A stretch of 64,000 nucleotides of DNA from an uncultured virus (IMG/VR IMGVR_UViG_3300031414_000017) (taxonomy: Duplodnaviria; Heunggongvirae; Uroviricota; Caudoviricetes): IMG/VR virus record IMGVR_UViG_3300031414_000017, one strand, 5' to 3'. The position numbers and the translations under genes are program-made. A model generated the notes under the pieces. That model did not search any database, was not told the origin of the DNA, and saw only the letters and a list, made by a program, of their open reading frames with translations. Below are positions 55,998 to 64,000 of the stretch, one piece after another (the first letter of the stretch is position 1; each line of letters opens with the position of its first letter).

Positions 55998-56156
55998 GCC
56001 CTAAGTGCGGTTACGCTTACCAACCCTTCTGCTTTCTTTTTTTGTCTCTCCCGCCCCGTATAACGCCCGATTGTTTTTCTGCTGACGCGCTCTTCAAGGG
56101 AGCTTATGGCTAAAGGCCGACACACTACACACCAGCTAAAACAATAGGAGTTCAGC

Positions 56157-58028
56157 ATGGCAGACCAATCTCTTGCGATTAAAGCAGGCAAGGTCCTTGT
56201 GAACCAAGAGGGTAATGTGGTTGAGATTGACATCAATATGCTCATGCAAAAACTGGAACTCGCGACAGAAGATGCATTAGGCATGATTGGCCGTTGTGAA
56301 TCAATCGACAACCTGCGTAAAATCGAACCTACCCGTCCGGGTCAGCGTATCGACGTGAAAGCGTACGCGGCGGGCACCCGTTACGGCGGTGGCTATTTCG
56401 TTTACGATGAAACCGACAAGTCCTCACCTGAAGACCGCGGTATGGTCATCGTGACTAATAAAGGAGCACGTTGGAAGCGTGACCTGCCCCACATCGGCAT
56501 GTTGACCATCGACTGCTTCGGCGGTATTCCTGATGGCAAGACCGATAACCTGACTGCGTTCAACCGCATGTTCAACTGGTCAAAAACCAACCTGCGTCAG
56601 TTGGGCGTACAGTTCGGTGCGGGTACGTACTCTATCTCGCAGTTCCTGAACAACACGTGGGAAACCCCGATTTTCCGTATCGCGGGCTTTAACTCATCTA
56701 ACGCATCGGGCTACTGCTCAACCACGACTATCGTCTCTAACGATGACGACAACGTCCTGTTTGACATTAAGTCACGTTGGGTGGAAGTCAGCGGTATTAC
56801 GTGGTCTGGTGAGATTGCGATTGACAAAGACAACTCACGTTGTTCACGTAAAGCATTCTTGCGCAACAACGACCCGGGTGGTCAGTATGTCCGCGTCAGC
56901 AACTTCAAAGCGAACTGGGCCGGCGGTCGTGTGTTTGATTTACAAGACACGCTCGACACCAAGTTCGACCAGTTCTACGCCAGCAAGTGTACCGGCTCCT
57001 TCATCTATGCCCGTTGGTCAGGTCAGGCCAAAGGCGTTTGGGATCACACCACCGCTGTTGAGCTGTCTAACTTCAACATGCAGCAGTGTACCCAGAACCC
57101 GGTATTCGACATGCCACGCTGTACGCAGGCGTTCATGTACAACGGTTGGATTGAGCACTGTGAGTTCCCGGGTAACCTGTCAGACGGGGGTTGGATTATC
57201 GACGGTCTGTCGATGGAAGACTGTAAGAACCCGATGCAGATTCAGAACTCCCGTATGGTGCGCAAGCAAACCAACCTCCAGTCAGGCAGCGGTTGGGACC
57301 CGAACTCGGGCACCACCGGCTGGTCAAGCATCTCTGCGTACGAGTACGGTGTGGTCGATATCCACAACACCGGTATCAAGATGGACTTGGGTTCCATGCA
57401 GGCAGGCTACTACGGTTCTCTGTTGAAGATGGATAACAACACACAGAGCGCACAGTGGTTTAAAGCGGTCTACGTGGCGTCTACCTCCATCGGTGAGACT
57501 ATCCAGTTGCGCTTCTTTGGTAGCAACGCCTACAACAGCAGCAAAGCGGATAACGCAACGATTGCCTCTGGCGGTCAGAGCGGGGGTTACGCTGACCTGT
57601 ACCTGAAAGTGCTGAACGGTAGCACCATCGACGCACAGTGGGACGGTGTGGGTTCTTGTCCGGTTCTCGATATCCGTATCGATGCCGACGCCAAGGGCGG
57701 CACCAACGTGTACGTGAAGATTGCGGCATGGTCACGCTTTGTGACCTGTGAGTGTTTCACGAACTCGAAGACCCGTTACGAAGGTGGTGTGTGCTTCCGT
57801 ATCATTCGTGATGGCAGCAAGATTGATGAGCCGTCCAACGACACCACGAAGCTGGTTTCGACCGCTTACAGTATCGGTGTGAAGAACGGTATTGGCTGGA
57901 ACCCGAATGGGGAACTGCTGATGAAGTTCGAACTGCAGAACGGCTACCTGCCGGTGAGGATTCAGTCTCCATCGACCGGTAAAGTGACGCAGGGTTGGAT
58001 TAAGGTTGAGACCTCTCTGCCTAAGTAA
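56157..58028 (+). CDS. AmsF/WceF-like tailspike-type beta-helix protein (putative exopolysaccharide glycosidase)
   Basis: LRKIEPTRPGQRI...GGGYF...D.G......GARWKR tailspike domain, FGGIPDGKTDN beta-helix start, DTLDTKFDQFY, WDHTTAVELSNFN, NGWIEH. Confidence 0.7.
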   Translation: MADQSLAIKAGKVLVNQEGNVVEIDINMLMQKLELATEDALGMIGRCESIDNLRKIEPTRPGQRIDVKAYAAGTRYGGGYFVYDETDKSSPEDRGMVIVTNKGARWKRDLPHIGMLTIDCFGGIPDGKTDNLTAFNRMFNWSKTNLRQLGVQFGAGTYSISQFLNNTWETPIFRIAGFNSSNASGYCSTTTIVSNDDDNVLFDIKSRWVEVSGITWSGEIAIDKDNSRCSRKAFLRNNDPGGQYVRVSNFKANWAGGRVFDLQDTLDTKFDQFYASKCTGSFIYARWSGQAKGVWDHTTAVELSNFNMQQCTQNPVFDMPRCTQAFMYNGWIEHCEFPGNLSDGGWIIDGLSMEDCKNPMQIQNSRMVRKQTNLQSGSGWDPNSGTTGWSSISAYEYGVVDIHNTGIKMDLGSMQAGYYGSLLKMDNNTQSAQWFKAVYVASTSIGETIQLRFFGSNAYNSSKADNATIASGGQSGGYADLYLKVLNGSTIDAQWDGVGSCPVLDIRIDADAKGGTNVYVKIAAWSRFVTCECFTNSKTRYEGGVCFRIIRDGSKIDEPSNDTTKLVSTAYSIGVKNGIGWNPNGELLMKFELQNGYLPVRIQSPSTGKVTQGWIKVETSLPK

Positions 58029-58034
58029 CACATT

Positions 58035-58067
58035 GAGACCCCTTCGGGGGTCTCTCTTTTCTTTTTT
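58035..58067 (+). terminator. Rho-independent terminator
   Basis: GAGACCCC-TTCG-GGGGTCTC followed by a T-tract. Confidence 0.85.
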
Positions 58068-58188
58068 GTCTCTACGTTATCTTTCTGTTATATGTCGAAG
58101 TATCAATAAAGCCTTACCGATTTATTATGCTGGCAGGAGGGTTACGGCAGACGCTGTAGCCTTTGGAAACCTTAACCGAGTTAACGCG

Positions 58189-58986
58189 ATGTCTATTACC
58201 TCCAAAGAGAATCTGCTAAAACTCATCAACGACGAGTGTAAGATTAGCCCTGCGCTAACCTTTGACGACGTTGATATTTCTCTGCCGGAAGTGGTGTCCG
58301 TCGACGGTCGCGATTCAAGTGTGGTGTTAACGTCCAAGTTAAAGGATGACGAGGGATCTGAAGTTGAGGTCTTTTATCATCGTCGTCCCTTACCGGACTA
58401 CATCAAAGGCGACAACACCTTTGGCGATGAGGACATAGCTTCGGCTCATGACATCCTTAGCGCCGTCAACGATCGTTTCGGCCTGAACATTCTTCCTCAA
58501 GATGTGGAAGATACGCCGCGCTCCGGCAATGCAATGACGTTGACAGCAGAACCTCTCTCGCACGAGTGGAGGGGTGATGTTGTCATTCAACTTAAACCGG
58601 CGGTTCAACTGAACACGGTAGTAACCAGTACCCAATTAGACGGTTTGCGTTACCCTGACCACCAAGACACCACCATCGGACAAGCCTACATTTACTCTCG
58701 CGACATTGACTGTTCGCACATCAAAAAGTTCCTGTCACTGCTTGCGGTGGGGATCGATGTGGATGACACAGCACTGGCAGAGGAGCTGAATAAGGTTGTG
58801 CCTGAAACGTGGGTGTCCAGTGAGACAGCGGTGCCGTATAACGTGCATGATGCCATTGTTGTCTTTGATGGTGCACCAGCAGACCTTCCGGGTGCGAACA
58901 CCGCCTTTGAGCGTGTGGTCTCCATTCAGTTAACCACGCTGTGTACCAATTTCCAAGGTGCATTGAACTTACACTTTAACAACTAA
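58189..58986 (+). CDS. Tail-associated virion protein, array member 1
   Basis: Start MSITSKENLLKLIN chosen by alignment with paralogs; ends GALNLHFNN. Confidence 0.75.
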   Translation: MSITSKENLLKLINDECKISPALTFDDVDISLPEVVSVDGRDSSVVLTSKLKDDEGSEVEVFYHRRPLPDYIKGDNTFGDEDIASAHDILSAVNDRFGLNILPQDVEDTPRSGNAMTLTAEPLSHEWRGDVVIQLKPAVQLNTVVTSTQLDGLRYPDHQDTTIGQAYIYSRDIDCSHIKKFLSLLAVGIDVDDTALAEELNKVVPETWVSSETAVPYNVHDAIVVFDGAPADLPGANTAFERVVSIQLTTLCTNFQGALNLHFNN

Positions 58987-58997
58987 GGGGGGTATAA

Positions 58998-59831
58998 GTG
59001 TCTATCTACGATAAGCCCTCAGCTACGATGTTGTTAGAGGCCATTAACCGGGAAAACAACACCTCACTCACATGGAATCAGATTGCCGCCGGGTTTCCTG
59101 AAAAGATTACCACACCCCTTGCACCGCGCGATACCCGTGTACTGTTATACGGACTGAACGGGCAAGGGTACAAAGGCAATGTGACCATTGAGTACAACCG
59201 CATTGATACCGCGGTTCTGTTCCGTAACATCGTCCCGTTTATTTCAACGGAGCCGGTAAGTAAACTCTCTGAGCTGCTGCCCTTCTTGAACAAGAAGTAC
59301 GGGCTGAGTCTGACCAAGGACGACATCGAAGAACAATCGGTGGCCGAACTGGGCAATGCCTACGTTATCACCGTGGTGGTTAAGCCGGGTTGTCTGGCAT
59401 GGCAAACTGACTTCGCATTGCGTTTTGCTAAGTTCTTACCGAACCTGCGCGACGTAGTCACCGATGTCGATTTGTCCGCCATTGTCGCCCCGTTTACCGT
59501 GGACGTTAAACCCCGAGCAGAATACGTGGCTTACGGCTACGACTGGTCTGAGTTAACGGATACGTTTACCAAACAGTGGACGACGAACCGCCTGCTGACC
59601 GCTGATGATGTCCAAGCACTGAATGAGGTGGTACCGCTGAGGTTCTTCTTCGGGGAACTGGGTACGGTACAGCCGGGGCAGATTGGTTTGCAGAATGCAC
59701 GTATGGGTGGGTCGGTGGCGGTAACGCCGGGTGACCGTTATGACCAGAATTACACTCGGGCTTTCCTGATTAATCTGGGCACTAACAGTAACTACACCGG
59801 TACCCTGATTCTTCACTATGCGCCGAAATAG
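58998..59831 (+). CDS. Tail-associated virion protein, array member 2
   Basis: LLEAINREN...NKKYGLSL...GTLILHY. Confidence 0.75.
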   Translation: MSIYDKPSATMLLEAINRENNTSLTWNQIAAGFPEKITTPLAPRDTRVLLYGLNGQGYKGNVTIEYNRIDTAVLFRNIVPFISTEPVSKLSELLPFLNKKYGLSLTKDDIEEQSVAELGNAYVITVVVKPGCLAWQTDFALRFAKFLPNLRDVVTDVDLSAIVAPFTVDVKPRAEYVAYGYDWSELTDTFTKQWTTNRLLTADDVQALNEVVPLRFFFGELGTVQPGQIGLQNARMGGSVAVTPGDRYDQNYTRAFLINLGTNSNYTGTLILHYAPK

Positions 59832-59839
59832 GGACCCGT

Positions 59840-60685
59840 ATGCCATTACTCGCCACCGCTGAAGAGATTATCTTGGCGGAGATTAACCTTGAGAACTCAC
59901 TGGCGCTTAAAGCCCCGGATGTGGTTTTCGGTGTGCCTGCGATTCCTACGTCTGCTGAAGACGTGGCAAAAGCCAACGGCCACAACGCCATGGTGCGTGT
60001 CCAAGCCCTGCCTACGGCATCGGCGATTGGCTACACCACGGTGTTCTACGACCGGGTGGATTTCAACGATGTCTTTACTGGCCTCGATGGGATTCAGCCA
60101 CTGCGCATCCCAGCACGCCTTGACAGTGTGTTTGTGGTGCACGATATTGTGCCGCTCATCAACCAGTATTACGGCTTGAGCCTGAGAACCTCAGATATCG
60201 TGGCAGCTAATATCGACCGCACGGAATGGACGGTTCCTCTGAAAGCCACCGACACCTCACTCGGTTGGATTGGGGAAATTGTGGTGCAGTTGCTGCCCGG
60301 GGATGCGTTGCTGGCGTCGAACTTTGAACCCACCACCGTAAGCCCTTACGCGTATCCGTACTTCAACACGAAAGTGGGACAAGCTGCGGTGTACTCGTTT
60401 CCTTGGCGGTTTGATAACTTTGCTGCAGAGTTCAAAGCAGCGGGGACGACTATCACAACTGCTCGCTTAGCCGCGATTCTGAAAACGGTTACAGGGGACG
60501 CTTGGACTACGTATCGCAGTCCTATCGACTTCAACCTCAAAGAAGCGATTGTGTCGTATAACGGTAAGAACAGTGCAGCCTTCCCGACCAACCCGTCGGT
60601 GGACAACGTGCTTATCATTGACCTTTCACTGTATTGTCTTAACCTTGGCGGTAAGTTGTATCTCCACTACAACGACCCTGACTAA
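59840..60685 (+). CDS. Tail-associated virion protein, array member 3
   Basis: ILAEINLEN...NQYYGLSL...GQAAVYS...GKLYLHYN. Confidence 0.75.
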   Translation: MPLLATAEEIILAEINLENSLALKAPDVVFGVPAIPTSAEDVAKANGHNAMVRVQALPTASAIGYTTVFYDRVDFNDVFTGLDGIQPLRIPARLDSVFVVHDIVPLINQYYGLSLRTSDIVAANIDRTEWTVPLKATDTSLGWIGEIVVQLLPGDALLASNFEPTTVSPYAYPYFNTKVGQAAVYSFPWRFDNFAAEFKAAGTTITTARLAAILKTVTGDAWTTYRSPIDFNLKEAIVSYNGKNSAAFPTNPSVDNVLIIDLSLYCLNLGGKLYLHYNDPD

Positions 60686-60705
60686 TCCCGATAAAGGAAG
60701 TTAGA

Positions 60706-61632
60706 ATGAAACCTTTAAACAAATCTTCCGATCTGCTGGTTCTGGATCTCATCAACGAGAAGAACACAGACGCACATCTGGAGCTTTCCAAAGTCACACT
60801 GGGTGAGCCGGTTGCGAATGACGGTGATGACAGTGCTGACCGCAACAGCAAGATTACCCTGAAAGCCCGTAAGAACTCCGGCTTCGTGGGTACGCAGGAC
60901 GTGACGTATGACCGTCTGGATGGTCTGGCCCTGTTCCGCAACGTGACTGCGTATCTGGACGTGAAAGAGCCGACGTCAACCACTGACCTGCTGGCCGCCC
61001 TGAACAGTCAGTACGGTTTGGGCATCGCGGTGGAAGATATCACCCCATCTGCGATTCCCGCTGGCACCAACGTCCCACCAACCAACCCGGATGACCCAGA
61101 CCCGGCACCGGTTGACCACGACATCGTGTTCAAAGACAACTGCTTTGCCTTCCTCGGTAAAATCGCCGTGAAGATTGGTGCGAAACCGCAGGTCGGTGAG
61201 CGTCTGTCTCTGGTGGTGACCAACACCCAGTTGGATGGCTTGCAGTACCCGGACAACGAGTCGGCGACCAAAGGTCAGGCGTACATCTACTCCTACGGTG
61301 TGGATTGCAGCCCGATTGCCGCGTTCCTGAAAGCACAGGCAACCGGTACACTGGCTGATGACTCCGCGTTCTCCACCGAGCTGAACAAAGTCGTCCCTGA
61401 GCTGTGGGTTGATAAAACGGATGCGGCGGATTACAACATCCACGGCGCAGAAGTCACCTACAACGGTGCAACTGTGAATCAGGTGCCAGATCCAAACAGC
61501 ACCAGCGGTGGTACGATTGACCAGCCAGTCGAAGGCGCGAACACCGACTACAACAGCATTCTGAAACTGAAGCTGTCTGATAGCCTGTGCTCTAACTTCC
61601 AAGGCGAGCTGTTCCTGCACTACAACGCCTAA
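60706..61632 (+). CDS. Tail-associated virion protein, array member 4 (probably the most abundant)
   Basis: VLDLINEKN...NSQYGL...GQAYIYS...GELFLHYN; strong codon bias; followed by a terminator. Confidence 0.8.
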   Translation: MKPLNKSSDLLVLDLINEKNTDAHLELSKVTLGEPVANDGDDSADRNSKITLKARKNSGFVGTQDVTYDRLDGLALFRNVTAYLDVKEPTSTTDLLAALNSQYGLGIAVEDITPSAIPAGTNVPPTNPDDPDPAPVDHDIVFKDNCFAFLGKIAVKIGAKPQVGERLSLVVTNTQLDGLQYPDNESATKGQAYIYSYGVDCSPIAAFLKAQATGTLADDSAFSTELNKVVPELWVDKTDAADYNIHGAEVTYNGATVNQVPDPNSTSGGTIDQPVEGANTDYNSILKLKLSDSLCSNFQGELFLHYNA

Positions 61633-61639
61633 TGGTCGC

Positions 61640-61682
61640 GCTAGGGGGAGGGCAACCTCTCCTTAGCCTTCCCTTCTTTTTT
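61640..61682 (+). terminator. Rho-independent terminator
   Basis: GCTAGGGGGAGG-GCAA-CCTCTCCTTAGC with a pyrimidine/T tail. Confidence 0.75.
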
Positions 61683-61704
61683 AAGATATGCCGAGGAGGC
61701 TATT

Positions 61705-62541
61705 ATGGCGTTATATAGTCTGTCTCAGCGACAGTTTCTTTTCGATGCGATTAATGCGGAAAACCCCGGTGCGATTACACCGATGTCATTCGACAACGCG
61801 GTGTTTGGTACTCCTAAAGCCATTCCTGTTCAGCCGAGTGGAGCCAACACTGAGATTATCATTCGTGGTCGTCAAGGGCGGGGTTACACAGGCGCACAGA
61901 CTTTCCGCTACAAACGATTGTCGCTGAACGACTTGTTCAAAAACTTCACCCCACAGGTGACGGCCCCGGATGCGTATGGTTCTTTGTACACCACCCCTAA
62001 GAAGGCGGCGTTTGCACAAAACCTCAATGGGCGCTACGGCCTTAACCTTGTGGCAGAAGATATCCCGGATGTGTATGTCTACCTGAATACCAAGAATACC
62101 GTGAGTGTAACCAACGCCTGTATTCAGTACACAGGGTCGATTACCTTTATGTCGGTTCGGGGTAAGAACAATTTAGAAGAATTGGTGGTCAACGATGTCT
62201 TGGATGAATTAACCCATCCGGTCGACCCCGCCCTTACGCGTAAGTCTGCTGAGATGCTCAGTTATGGCCGGGACTTCTCTGATGAAATCCAGCTAATGAT
62301 GAGCTTTGTGGATGGGCGTTTGGATGTCGGTCCCAATTGGGACAACGGCTACACTACCAGTTTATTGCAGGTGTTTGCTGGGCGAGGGTTGCCGCAGTTT
62401 GACGTTACCCGTACCTCTATCAAACGCGTTAAGGCCTCAACCGAACTCCGCTCCAACGGAATGTCGGACATGCTACTGATTATCACCGGCATGAATGACC
62501 CGCAGGTTGCAGGCGATTGGCTGCTGCATTACAACACTTAG
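61705..62541 (+). CDS. Tail-associated virion protein, array member 5
   Basis: LFDAINAEN...NGRYGLNL...GDWLLHYN. Confidence 0.75.
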   Translation: MALYSLSQRQFLFDAINAENPGAITPMSFDNAVFGTPKAIPVQPSGANTEIIIRGRQGRGYTGAQTFRYKRLSLNDLFKNFTPQVTAPDAYGSLYTTPKKAAFAQNLNGRYGLNLVAEDIPDVYVYLNTKNTVSVTNACIQYTGSITFMSVRGKNNLEELVVNDVLDELTHPVDPALTRKSAEMLSYGRDFSDEIQLMMSFVDGRLDVGPNWDNGYTTSLLQVFAGRGLPQFDVTRTSIKRVKASTELRSNGMSDMLLIITGMNDPQVAGDWLLHYNT

Positions 62542-62552
62542 GAATAAAGCGA

Positions 62553-63440
62553 ATGGCACTCTATCAACCTTCTAAGGACGTCCTGCTGGCGGCCATTGAC
62601 GCAGCGAACTCGTTGACCATCAAGGCAACGGATATCGTCTACAGCGCACCAAAGGACATCAGCGGGACCGAGAAAGGTAACGCAGTAAACCGCAACACCG
62701 TGGTGAAAATCACGGCTGACGGCGTGGCGGGCTCAATGTGGGCGGGCAAGAAAAACGTTTACTACAACCGCATGAACATCCAAGACCTTGTTATCCTGCT
62801 GGGCGATACCCTGCGCATTGGTCCCTCAAACGCCACGCTGTTTAATGCGATTGTCGGTTTGAACCAACGCTACGGTTTTGCCTTTGAACAGGCTGACTTA
62901 CAGGATGCGCAAATCCTCTGGGACACGGACAAGCTGACCGGTACGGTACTGGTCAAAGCCTCGCCGACGTCTCTGGGTTGGCAAGGTCAGTATAACTTCA
63001 AAGTGAAACGCGGCGATGAAACGCTGGTCTCCACCGTGAACACCACTGTGCTGTCCGGTCTGAAGTACCCGAACGACCAGATGGGTTCCGAAACCGTCAG
63101 TGCGATTATGGCGCAGGTCTACTCGTACCCGTTCAACTTCTCCACCTACCGCGACACCTTACTGGGCTTCGCACCGGGTCTGTTGACTGGCACACCACTG
63201 ACCACCATGACCAACCTGCTGAAAGCCATCACCGGCGCAGCATGGGTGGCAACCTCCGCGTCTTCGTGGGGACTGGCGGGTGCCAACGTCGTAAGCGTAG
63301 GCTTGAACGATCCGGTCAACATGCCGACCAACAGCAAATACAAGTACGTGCTTGTGTTAACACTGCCGGCCACTACCACCAACATCAAAGGTACCCTGTA
63401 TCTGCAGTTCAATGATGTTGACGATCCAAACGAGGTGTAA
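62553..63440 (+). CDS. Tail-associated virion protein, array member 6
   Basis: Start MALYQPSK; NQRYGF...LSGLKYP...GTLYLQFN. Confidence 0.75.
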   Translation: MALYQPSKDVLLAAIDAANSLTIKATDIVYSAPKDISGTEKGNAVNRNTVVKITADGVAGSMWAGKKNVYYNRMNIQDLVILLGDTLRIGPSNATLFNAIVGLNQRYGFAFEQADLQDAQILWDTDKLTGTVLVKASPTSLGWQGQYNFKVKRGDETLVSTVNTTVLSGLKYPNDQMGSETVSAIMAQVYSYPFNFSTYRDTLLGFAPGLLTGTPLTTMTNLLKAITGAAWVATSASSWGLAGANVVSVGLNDPVNMPTNSKYKYVLVLTLPATTTNIKGTLYLQFNDVDDPNEV

Positions 63441-63443
63441 TCC

Positions 63444-64000
63444 ATGTTGAACTATGCAAAGACCTCGCTCGAGCTGGCCTTCGATCTGATTAACCGGGAT
63501 AACCCCAATTTGCCGATTGTGGCAAATGCGCAGAACTGTATGCTCGAAAGCATCACGGCGGTGACGCCGAATGCGGCAAACAACATGCGCAACACCAAAG
63601 CCCGTTTACGCGGGCAGCAGGGTAGTGGGTTCCGTGACCAGATTTGGATTTACTACGACCGTGTGAACATCGTGACGCTGCTACCGTGGGCGAATGCTGC
63701 TGCGGCACAGTTCGTGTCTTTCACCGCACCCAATATCCACGGTGCGCTGGCGGTGATTTTTGATACATACGGCGTGAACTTCGGTACCATGGATTTGACT
63801 AACAATGCCATGGGCGGTGTCAGTCAGGCTAACTACGCCGCGAACGTGTACTTCCAAGCGTTGCCAAGTTCACCGGCCTACGTCGGTACACAGCTGATGC
63901 ATTTCAGTCGCGGTTTGCCCGTATTGGACACGTCGATTACCACTGACGTGCTGGATGCTATCAAGCCACCGATTGACCCGACGTTAAATAAAATGTGTGT
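63444..64000 (+). CDS. Tail-associated virion protein, array member 7 (truncated by the window end; not in ORF track)
   Basis: GAGG RBS; MLNYAKTSLELAFDLINRDN...RNTKARLRG...YYDRV...YGVNF. Confidence 0.7.
   Translation, partial: MLNYAKTSLELAFDLINRDNPNLPIVANAQNCMLESITAVTPNAANNMRNTKARLRGQQGSGFRDQIWIYYDRVNIVTLLPWANAAAAQFVSFTAPNIHGALAVIFDTYGVNFGTMDLTNNAMGGVSQANYAANVYFQALPSSPAYVGTQLMHFSRGLPVLDTSITTDVLDAIKPPIDPTLNKMC

Noticed and set aside
55983..56156. tRNA or riboswitch in the long intergenic gap before the AmsF-like gene
   Set aside because: No cloverleaf, T-loop or recognisable aptamer; it looks like a terminator tail plus promoter/leader. A covariance-model search would be needed to exclude a novel RNA.
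1246..61682. Recurrent CCTTCGGG and CCCTAC...GTAGGG hairpins as a CRISPR array or mobile repeat
   Set aside because: They are dispersed, sit at gene ends with T-tracts, and have variable stems and no regular spacers: ordinary intrinsic terminators.
58189..64000. Diversity-generating retroelement or invertible tail cassette
   Set aside because: No reverse transcriptase or invertase and no near-identical template/variable repeat seen; the paralogs are anciently diverged.

Overview
This window is a 64 kb segment of a phiKZ-like (Chimalliviridae-type) jumbo phage genome, probably infecting Erwinia/Pantoea or a related enterobacterium. That assignment is inferred from gene content and order and from an AmsF/WceF-like gene; no database search was possible. 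The conserved core block is: DnaB-like helicase (-), head gene, major capsid protein, non-virion RNA polymerase beta-type subunit, portal (-), virion/baseplate genes and RuvC. A long accessory region (about 24-56 kb) follows, with GNAT-fold genes, a SLOG/DprA-like gene, two inner-head paralogs, thymidylate kinase, HTH genes, Dam, two TYW3-like genes, a QueC-like PP-loop gene and an HslU-like ATPase. The window ends with the AmsF/WceF-like gene and a tandem array of at least 7 paralogous tail/virion genes. Most notable observations: (1) broken copies of morphogenesis proteins (a large-terminase-like fragment, an apparently dead prohead protease, free tail-family domains) in the accessory region, a possible immune-decoy set; (2) a family of five tandem-GNAT proteins around dam, plus orphan TYW3-like and QueC-like enzymes; (3) an HslU with a replaced I-domain and no HslV-docking tail; (4) two recurrent promoter-like motifs and a conserved extended RBS; (5) many diverged tandem paralog groups. 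Family calls come from motifs recognised by eye, and many start codons were re-chosen from RBS position. No tRNA, rRNA, CRISPR array, IS element, intron or intein was recognised.
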